The notes under the pieces: generated by a model
What the model was told of the DNA's origin: nothing
What the model saw: the letters and a program-made list of their open reading frames with translations, nothing else
Database searches by the model: none
Position numbers and translations under genes: made by a program
Source: Chiloscyllium plagiosum
Lineage: Eukaryota
Direction of reading: 5' to 3'
Length of the DNA stretch: 32,562 nt
NCBI RefSeq assembly: GCF_004010195.1
Contig: NC_057746.1
Coordinates: 6,844,117-6,876,678 of the forward strand
In this document: piece after piece, positions 1 to 8,892 of the stretch
How the letters are laid out: each line of letters opens with the position of its first letter
How positions within the stretch are numbered: position 1 is the first letter of the stretch

Positions 1-322
1 AGGAAGGAGACCAGAATTGCACACAATATTGCAAAAGGGGCCTAACCAATATCCTGTACAGCCGCAACATGACCTCCCAACTCCTGTACTCAGTACTCTG
101 ACCAATAAAGGAAAGCATACCAAATGCCTTCTTCATTATCCTATCTACCTGCGACTCTACTTTAAAGGAGCTATGAACCTGCACTCCAAGGTCTCTTTAT
201 TCAGCAACGCTCCCTTGGACCTTACCATTAAGTGTATAAGTCCTGCTCGGATTTGCTTTTCCAAAGTGCACCACCTCACATTTATCAAGGTTCATCTCCA
301 TCTGTCACTGATCTGCCCATCT
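1..322 (-). mobile_element. CR1/HER1-type LINE ORF2 fragment (decayed)
   Basis: Resembles the CR1 ORF2 post-RT region also seen at 20400-20740 and 30420-30720 (ccagaattgcacacaatatt...cctaacc...tgtacagccgcaacatgacctcc...aaagcataccaaatgccttc; ccaaagtgcaccacctcacatttatc). Confidence 0.7.
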
Positions 323-1059
323 CACCAAATTGTTCATACCCTCCTGTATGCCATATAACCTCAACCCTACTTTTCCTGACTTTTCCACACAATCCTTTGT
401 GAGAAACAAAAACTCACTCACTTTAATAATTTCCATCCGAGACCAAAAATCTGAAACAGTGTCGTTTATTTGTACACTTGCAAGTGGGTGCCATGTCTAA
501 TGCCAGGTAAGACAATGACAAATGCACACTAAATCCAACAAACTCTCGAAATTTATACAGTTTGAATCTTCTTATTTTTTCTTATTTCATTGTTTGCCCT
601 GTCCTCTGCTTACATCACTCATTTCCTTAAGACTGATCCCACATCTTCTGTTTATCCAGCCTTGTCCGTGACAAATGCCTATCTCTGCCTCCCCCATAAA
701 GTTGTTTGACGTCATCCCATCCTTTGCTTACCATTATCTGCTCCCTCCATCTGCGCTGCCCCTCACAGCATCTTATCACTAAGCCCTTTTAATTGGGGTT
801 TGTTCCTGTGTCTCTGTACAAGTGGGAAACAGATGTTTATAAAGGCCTCTTTTCACAGCATTTTATCTAGTGCCTGTATTTCTACCATTGTTCTGTAATC
901 ACGTCTCATGCTAACATACCATTTTGTAACGGATTATATATTTCCTCATTCTTGCTAAGTCAGCTCTCGTCCGAAACAATCCTAAACTAATGTGAATTCA
1001 TTTACTCTGTATCAGAACTTATAATTGCAGAAATAACATTAATTCACCTATATCCCACA

Positions 1060-1406
1060 CCTCGATTCCGCTTCCCTGATTAAAAAGCTGCCACTTTCAG
1101 TCTTGAATATACTTAATGACCCAACCTCGACAGCTCTCACAGAAAACAATGCCACAGATTCACAACCCTCAGAGAGATGCAATTCCTCCTCATCTCTGTC
1201 TTAAATGTATGATCCATTACCTGAGATGATTACCCTCTGGTCCTAGACTCTCCCATAGGGGAGACACGTTTCCAAATCTACTCTGTCAAGTTCCCTAAGA
1301 ATTTTGGATGTTTCAATATGATCGTCCCTTGCTCTGCTAAACCCCAGTGAGTCTACACTCAGTCTCCGCATAAGACATACCTGGGACCGGCTGAGTGAAC
1401 CTTCCT
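1060..1406 (-). mobile_element. Decayed CR1 LINE 3' region (inside duplication arm)
   Basis: Minus-strand peptide RRLSVDSLGFSRARDDHIETSKILRELDRV resembles the CR1 ORF2 C-terminal pattern 'LGLYSLE.RRLRGDLIET.KIL.GLDRV'. Confidence 0.7.
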
Positions 1407-1600
1407 GATCCCCACCCCCATCCACCTATTGTACTCTTTGCTACCTTCTCCCCAGCCCCAACCCCTCCCATTTGTCTCTTCACCCCGGAGGCTCCCTGCC
1501 TTCATTCCTAATGAAGGGCCTTTGCCCGAAACGTCAATTCTCCTGCACCTCGGATGCTGCCTGACCTGCTGTGCATTTCCAGCACCACACTAATCTAGAC
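1407..1600 (+). mobile_element. Penelope-like element terminal (pLTR) fragment with degenerate hammerhead motif
   Basis: ccccatccacctattgtactct...ctaatgaagggcctttgcccgaaacgtc...ggatgctgcctgacctgctgtgc; absent from the paralogous site near 22390. Confidence 0.75.
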
Positions 1601-1664
1601 TCTGCCTCCAGTACCAGTCTATCCTTCCTTGGTTAAGGGGAACAGAACTGTGCACAGTATTCCA

Positions 1665-2318
1665 CAAGACCGTTCCCTCCGTGACTATCTGGTCAGGTCC
1701 ACGCCCCCCTACAACCCACCCTCCCATCCCNNNNNNNNNNNNNNNNNNNNNNNNNNNNNNNNNNNNNNNNNNNNNNNNNNNNNNNNNNNNNNNNNNNNNN
1801 NNNNNNNNNNNNNNNNNNNNNNNNNNNNNNNNNNNNNNNNNNNNNNNNNNNNNNNNNNNNNNNNNNNNNNNNNNNNNNNNNNNNNNNNNNNNNNNNNNNN
1901 NNNNNNNNNNNNNNNNNNNNNNNNNNNNNNNNNNNNNNNNNNNNNNNNNNNNNNNNNNNNNNNNNNNNNNNNNNNNNNNNNNNNNNNNNNNNNNNNNNNN
2001 NNNNNNNNNNNNNNNNNNNNNNNNNNNNNNNNNNNNNNNNNNNNNNNNNNNNNNNNNNNNNNNNNNNNNNNNNNNNNNNNNNNNNNNNNNNNNNNNNNNN
2101 NNNNNNNNNNCTATTGTACTCTATGCTACTTTCTCCCCACCCCCACCCTCCTTGAGCTTATCTCTCCATGCTTCAGGCTCTCTGCCTTTTTTCCTGATGA
2201 AGGGTTTTTGCCCGAAACGTCGATTTCGCTGCTCGTCGGATGCTGCCTGAATTGCTGTGCTTTTCCAGCACCACTAATCCAGAATCTGGTTTCCAGCATC
2301 TGCAGTCATTGTTTTTAC
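1665..2318 (+). mobile_element. Penelope-like element insertion with 12-bp target-site duplication (cacagtattcca)
   Basis: cacagtattcca occurs at 1653-1664 and 2319-2330; the paralogous arm has a single copy (~22226-22237). The insert has a coding-like 5' part (QDRSLRDYLVRS), an N-run, and a pLTR with a hammerhead core. Confidence 0.8.
2190..2225 (+). ncRNA. Minimal hammerhead ribozyme motif (PLE type, family A)
   Basis: CTGATGA (2194-2200), a, stem II gggt-tttt-gccc, GAAA, then CGTC with palindromic ACGT helix III. Matches the minimal hammerheads known from Penelope-like elements; helix I is weak in this copy. Confidence 0.7.
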
Positions 2319-2844
2319 CACAGTATTCCAGCTGTTGCCTGAGTAGCACCCTGTATAGTCTTAGCTAAACTTCCCTGTTTTTATATACCATTCCCTTTGA
2401 AATAAAGGCCACCATTCCCATTACCTCTCCCTGTGAGCCACTGAGATTGGATGATAGCTTTCTGTGATTCATGGGTGGGGCTCTTCTGGTTGGTTTGGTT
2501 CCTCCAGTCTCTGAGAAGTGTGTCAGCCTCCACTGCCCCCCTGTGGAGACAGGAGGATCTGCAGAAGGCTCTCGACGTGGATGAGGAGAGACAGGGGGTA
2601 GATCTGTGGTCAATGTGCTCTCAGAGCTTCAGCCACCCCGTGTTGAAACAGAAGGATATGGAGTGGGCTGTTCTCCAGTAAGAACAACAAATGGGGAGCG
2701 GGGTGGGGGCCTGTGTTGGTGCAGAAGGCCCTGTACAGTGACGGTGGGCAGTCACCTTTAGTTTGAGAAGACAGTGGGGACCTGGACCCCAGTGCCCCCT
2801 CTCCTGCTGTAATTCAATCCCCTCCTGTCACTCTCTTCTTTCTG

Positions 2845-3262
2845 CCTGGAGGATCATCAACTCGGTGAAAGATGCTCTCTGGGCGGTCCGAAACCTGTTG
2901 ATCTTCCAGCTGAAGGAGTTGACCCCGACTGAGTGTTGCAGACTGGCACATTCCAAGGTCCAGGCCTACGTGTTGAGGGACGTGCTGAAGCTTGGGGCAG
3001 CTGCTGCCAAGGCGCGGTGGGGAAAGACCACTGTGTAAAGTCTGCCTGCCTAACGAAGAACAGAGGGCCCACGCAGTCATTTGGGCTCTGCTGACGCCTC
3101 AGCTAAATATATGGGCATATGATTGATAAAAGTACAGGCCTGTATGTAAAAATGATAAATTCTGATCTCTGTATGCAAAGGTTTACGTACGTATGGCATA
3201 ACCAACTGTACGACCATCAAATTATTTTATGAATAAAGTATATTTTTTGAAATAAAAAACAA
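2845..3262 (+). mobile_element. 5'-truncated Tx1/L1-clade LINE 3' end with A-rich tail and short TSD (ttctg)
   Basis: Open peptide WRIINSVKDALWAVRNLLIFQ...ARWGKTTV* resembles Tx1-like ORF2 C-termini; AATAAA and an A-rich tail at 3232-3262; flanked by ttctg (2840-2844, 3263-3267); absent from the paralogous site near 21445. Confidence 0.75.
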
Positions 3263-3374
3263 TTCTGTATCCTCACACTCACTCTGTCCATGTAAATTTA
3301 AATCCGGTTCCGTTTTCTCCAGCTCTCCTCTATGTGCACTCTCTTCCTCCAAAGTCAGTCTCTCTATCCTTATA

Positions 3375-3450
3375 TGAAGGGCTCTGGCCTGAAATGTCGA
3401 TTTTCCTGCTCCTCGGATGCTGCCTGACCTGCTGTGCTTTTCCAGCAACG
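3375..3450 (+). mobile_element. PLE pLTR remnant
   Basis: tgaagggctctggcctgaaatgtcgattttcctgctcctcggatgctgcctgacctgctgtgcttttccagc. Confidence 0.7.
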
Positions 3451-3814
3451 TGCTCTCGGTTCTCAGGAGGTACTGTTTGCTTGCGTCTGTGTAGACCTGG
3501 AGCTGTTCAGTGCATCTGCTTTCAGGTCCTGGGACTGGGATCAGAGTTGTAACTGACAGGTCATTGATCTTGAATGGTCAGGATACTTTGCAGTATTCTA
3601 ACTTGCCCATTTCCACATTACGAGAGAGAGAGTTTCTTTGCATTGTTGTGGTTTGTTCTGCTGGGGACAAGAAAAAGGCACCATCTCCTTGTATATTCTG
3701 TTGTGTGTAGAAGCAATCTCACCCCAGCACATGTAACCCACCCTTAACCAAGGGATATGGCTCTTTTGGAACATTTCGGTCTCGTGCTAGTGTTTTTCTG
3801 TGCCCCCTCAGGGA

Positions 3815-4150
3815 ATAGATTAGATTACATTACATTACATTACTTACAGTGTGGAAACAGGCCCTTCGGCCCAACAAGTCCACACCGACCCACCGAAGCA
3901 CAACCCACCCAGACCCATTCCCCTACATTTACCCCTTCACCTAACACTACGGGCAATTTAGCATGGCCAATTCACCTAACCTGCACATTTTTGGACTGTG
4001 GGAGGAAACCGGAGCACCCGGAGGAAACCCACGCAGACACGGGGAGAATGTACAAACTCCACACAGTGAGTCACCTGAGGCGCGAACTGAACCTGGGTCT
4101 CTGGCGCTGTGAGGCAGCAGTGCTAACCACTGTGCCACTATGCCACCCAC
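3815..4150 (-). mobile_element. tRNA-derived shark SINE (HE1-like)
   Basis: Minus strand: tggcacagtggttagcactgctgcctcacagcgccagagacccaggttcagttc (A/B boxes), body gtgtggagtttgtacattctccccgtgtctgcgtgggtttcctccggg, CR1-like 3' end, (taatg/taatc)n tail. Confidence 0.88.
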
Positions 4151-4366
4151 TAATCTCTCTCTGTCTCTCTGCTCCTCCCCACTGACTGTCTCCCTGCTAG
4201 GATCCCCTCCCCTGACCCTCAGTGTGACATGTCTCAGAAGCCGATGCATCACTGTCACAGTCATTGCCACTTATTGTATACCCCATGTTTGTCTCATGTA
4301 GAAGTGTCACACCTGACACTGCCACACTTCAGACTGTCAACGCTCAAAGTGTCACACGCCCCACAG

Positions 4367-4449
4367 AGAAATCCATCCGGGATTGATCCTGCACATGAAG
4401 AGGTGATTATTGAGGGGATGTGCCTGGCCTCCTGTGAGACCCGGCCAAG
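4367..4449 (+). CDS. Candidate internal exon, unknown gene (RNPSGIDPAHEEVIIEGMCLASCETRP)
   Basis: ccccacAG| acceptor, AAG|GTAATG donor, open frame in apparently unique sequence; no recognised homology. Confidence 0.2.
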
Positions 4450-5473
4450 GTAATGGTGTAGGGGCTACAATGCAATCAGACCGCATTACCCTTGCTCGGT
4501 GTTGTTACAGCACAGCCCAGTCAGACTGGGGACCAGTGGAGGATTTTATTTTCCCTAGTGTGGAAATCATTGAATGTAAGGACATTCAGCCCATCTGTCC
4601 CCTGCTGTCTCTTTGAAAGGCCTATTCCAGCAAATCTCCCCCTCTGCTTTCTCCCCGCAATCTGTCAATCTTTCTTCTTCGGATATTAATTCACTTCCAT
4701 TCTGATGGTTCTGCCCCAGGAAACCCTTTCTCCTCACTGAGAAAAGCCATCAGAATCAAATACAGCCCTCTCAAACCTCCCCTTCACCTCTGCTCAAAGT
4801 CCCTCCCAGAGTGACTGTGCACCCTGACAAGGCCGTTCAGCCCATTGTGTCTGGGTCAGCTGATGAAGAGCTGTCCATCCTCATCCACTTTCTAGCCTTT
4901 GCCCTATGACTCCACTTTACAGCATCTCAAGGTCATTCCCGAGTTTTGCCTCGATGACCTTTTCAGACAGTGTNNNNNNNNNNNNNNNNNNNNNNNNNNN
5001 NNNNNNNNNNNNNNNNNNNNNNNNNNNNNNNNNNNNNNNNNNNNNNNNNNNNNNNNNNNNNNNNNNNNNNNNNNNNNNNNNNNNNNNNNNNNNNNNNNNN
5101 NNNNNNNNNNNNNNNNNNNNNNNNNNNNNNNNNNNNNNNNNNNNNNNNNNNNNNNNNNNNNNNNNNNNNNNNNNNNNNNNNNNNNNNNNNNNNNNNNNNN
5201 NNNNNNNNNNNNNNNNNNNNNNNNNNNNNNNNNNNNNNNNNNNNNNNNNNNNNNNNNNNNNNNNNNNNNNNNNNNNNNNNNNNNNNNNNNNNNNNNNNNN
5301 NNNNNNNNNNNNNNNNNNNNNNNNNNNNNNNNNNNNNNNNNNNNNNNNNNNNNNNNNNNNNNNNNNNNNNNNNNNNNNNNNNNNNNNNNNNNNNNNNNNN
5401 NNNNNNNNNNNNNNNNNNNNNNNNNNNNNNNNNNNNNNNNNNNNNNNNNNNNNNNNNNNNNNNNNNNNNNNNN

Positions 5474-8400
5474 TATATTAAACAGAGTCAGCGACTTCAG
5501 GAGTTACGGGATCATGTAAATATTATATTAAACAGTGTCATCGATTTCGGCAGTTACAGGACAATGTAAATACATTATTAACCAGAGTCAGCGTTTTCAG
5601 GAGTTACAGGATAATGCTAATAATACATTAAACAAAGTCAGCGATTTCGGGAGTTACAGGATAATGTAAATAATATAGAAAACAGAGACGGCGATTTCAG
5701 GAGTTACAGGAGAATGTTAATCACATATTAAACAGAGTCAGCGACTTCGGGAGTTACAGGAAAATGTGAATAACATATGAAACAGAGTCAGCGATTTCGG
5801 GAGGTTCAGGATAATGTAAATAATATATTAACCAAATTCACCGATTTCGGGAGTTACAGGATAATTTAAATAATATATTAAACAGAGGCAGCGATTTCAT
5901 GAGTTACCGGATAATGCAAATAATACATTAAAGAGAGTCAGCGATTTCAGGAGTTACAGGATAATGTAAATAATTTATTAACCAGAGTCACCGATTTTGG
6001 GAGGTACAGGATAATGCAAATAATACATTAAACAGAGTCAGCGATTTCAGGTGTTCCAGAATAATGTAAATACTATATTAAAGAGAGTCAGCTATTTCGG
6101 TAGTTACACGATAATATAAATAATATATTAAACAGAGTCAGCGACTTCGGGAGGTTCAGGATAATGTAAATAATATATTAACCAAAGTCACCGATTTCGT
6201 GAGTTACAGGATAATTTAAATAATGTATTAAACAGAATCAGCGATTTCAGGAGTTACCGGATAATGCAAATAATATATTAAAGAGAGTCAGCGATTTCAG
6301 GAGTTACAGGATAATGTAAATAATTTATTAACCAGGGTCACCGATTTCGGGAGCTACAGGATAATGCAAATAATACATTAAACAGAGTCAGCGATTTCAG
6401 GTGTTCCAGGATAATGTAAATACTATATTAAACAGAGTCAGCTATTTCGGGAGTTACACGATAATGTAAATAATATATTAAACACAATCAATGATTTCCG
6501 AATTTACAGGATAATGTAAATAATATATCAAACAGAATCAGCAATTTCAAGAGTTCCAGGATAATGAAAATCATACATTAAATAGAGTCAGCGATTTCGG
6601 GAGTTACAGGATAAATTAAATAATATATTAAACAGAGCCAGCGACTTCGGCAGTTACCGGATAATGTAAATAATGCGATTTAATGTGTTACAGGATAATG
6701 TAAATAACATATTAAAGAGTCATCGATTTCGGGAGGTACAGGATAATGTAAATAATGTGTTAAACAGAGTCAGCGATTTCGGGAGTTACAGGATAATGTA
6801 AATAATATATTAAACAGTGTCAGCGACTTCGGGAGTTACAGGATAATGTAAATAATATATTAAACAGAGTCAGCGATTTCGAGAGTTACAGGATAATTTA
6901 AATAATATATTAAACAGAGTCAGCGATTTCGGGAGTTACAGGATAATGTAAATAATATAGTAAACAGGATTTCAGGAGTTACAGGATAATGTAAATAATA
7001 TATTAAACAGAGTCAACGATTTCAGGAGTTCCAGAACAATGTAAATAATATATTAACCAAAGTCACCGATTTCGGGAGTTACAGGATAATTTAAGTTATA
7101 TATTAAACAGAGTCAGCGACTTCAGGATTTACAGGATAATGTATATAATATATTAAACAGCGTCAGCGAATTCGGGACTTACAGGATAATGCAAAGAATA
7201 TATTAAAAACAGTCAGCGATTTCGAGTGTTACAGGAAAATGATAATAATATATTATAGAGTCAGCGATTTCGGGAGGTACAGGATAATGTGAATAATATT
7301 TGAAACACAGTCAGTGATTTCGGGAATTACAGGATAAGTTAAATAATATATTAAAAGGAATCAGTGATTTTGGCAGTTAAATGATAATATAAATAAAATA
7401 TTACACAGTGTCACCGATTTCGGGAGTTGCAGGATAATTTGAATAATGTATTAAACAGAGTCAGCGATTTCGGGAGTTACAGGATAATGTAAATAATATA
7501 TGAAACAGAGTCAGCGATTTCAGGAGTTACAGGATAATGTAAATAAAATATTATACAAAGTCAGCGATTTCTGGAGGTACAGGATAATGTAAATAATATA
7601 GTAAACAGAGTCAGCGATTTCAGGAGTTACAGGATAATGTAAATATTATATTAAACAGAGTCCGCGATTTCGGGAGTTACAGGATAATGTGAATAATATA
7701 TTAAACAGAGTCAGCGATTTCAGGAGTTACAGGATAATGTAAATAATATACTAACCAGAGTCCGCGATTTCGGGAGTTATAGGATAATGTAAATAATGTA
7801 TTAAACAGAGTCAATGAGTTCGGGAGTTACAGGATAATGTAAATAATATATGAACCAGAGTCCGCGATTTCGGGAGTTACAGGATAATGTGAATAATATA
7901 TTCAACAGAGTCAGTGATTTCGGGAGTTCCAGGATAATGTAAATAATATATTAAACAGAGTCAGCGATTTCAGGAGTTACAGGATAATGTAAATAATATA
8001 TTAAACAGAGTCAGCGATTTCAGGAGTTCCAGGATAATGTAAATATTATATTAAAGAGAGTCAGCGATTTCAGGAGCTACAGGATAATGTAAATAATATA
8101 TTAAACAGAGTCAGCGATTTCAGGAGTTACAGGATAATGTAAATAAAATATTAAAGAGAGTCAGGGATTTCGGGAGGTACAGGATAATGTAAATAATATA
8201 TTAAACAGAGTCAGCGATTTCAGGAGTTACAGGAAAATGTAAATAAAATATTATACAGAGTCAGCGATTTCTGGAGTTACAGGATAATGTAAATAATATA
8301 TTAAACAGAGTCAGCGATTTCAGGAGTTACAGGAAAATGTAAATAATATATTAAACAGAGTCAACGATTTCAGGAGTTACAGGATAATGTAAATAATATA

Positions 8401-8519
8401 TTAAAGAGAGTCAGCGATTTCGGGAGGTACAGGATAATGTAAATAATATATTAAACAGAGTCAGCGATTTCAGGAATTACAGGATAATGTAAATAATATA
8501 TTAAACAGAGTCAGAGACT
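5474..8519. repeat. 50-bp AT-rich minisatellite, ~61 copies, with a 350-bp higher-order duplication
   Basis: Consensus tatattaaacagagtcagcgatttc(a/g)ggagttacaggataatgtaaataa; diagnostic variants at ~5781-6130 recur at ~6131-6480. Confidence 0.97.
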
Positions 8520-8584
8520 TGGAGACCTATTTAAAAGACTGATTGTTAAATTTGTAACATAGCTTTTCAACAGGCCCCATGTCA

Positions 8585-8807
8585 TCAATTGTACCGGAGA
8601 ATGTCCCCCACACCATCTGTCTGGACAGTGCGGTACATGGTGAACTGGTTATTTACCCTCATGCAGGCTCTGGGTCCCTCACTCCCTGAAATTAGGACCA
8701 CTGGTCTCAAAACCCTCCTCCCACAGCCTTCAGGGGGAACCAGCTCCTTCATATTGCTGTCATCGTTCTCCTGTATCATACCAGTAACATCAGCAACACC
8801 ACACACT
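8585..8807 (-). CDS. Candidate terminal coding exon, unknown gene
   Basis: Acceptor tgtctgctcctgccAG|A, then ~73 open codons VCGVADVTGMIQENDDSNMKELVPPEGCG...DILRYN*; the other two frames stop early; unique island between two minisatellites. Confidence 0.3.
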
Positions 8808-8892
8808 CTGGCAGGAGCAGACACACATGCACAGAACTCAATATTTCCACAGATTAATGAGAAGACAGAATATAGTCATTTTAATCAGCCAG

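Larger units (their letters stand above)
336..3372. repeat. Left arm of inverted segmental duplication (partner 21340-23116)
   Basis: Blocks ~336-393, ~1065-1406, ~1610-1664, ~2319-2476, ~2491-2844 and ~3263-3372 are collinear reverse complements of blocks at ~23061-23116, ~22395-22735, ~22225-22280, ~22080-22237, ~21445-21796 and ~21340-21450. The ORF track shows twin peptides (MNHRKLSSNLSGSQGEVMGMVAFISKGMVYKNREV; EGSLSRSQVCL..LPYGRV) on opposite strands. Confidence 0.92.

Noticed and set aside
3815-4150. tRNA genes suggested by A/B boxes (also 22741-23058)
   Set aside because: The boxes belong to SINE heads followed by a SINE body and tail; no complete cloverleaf is evident.
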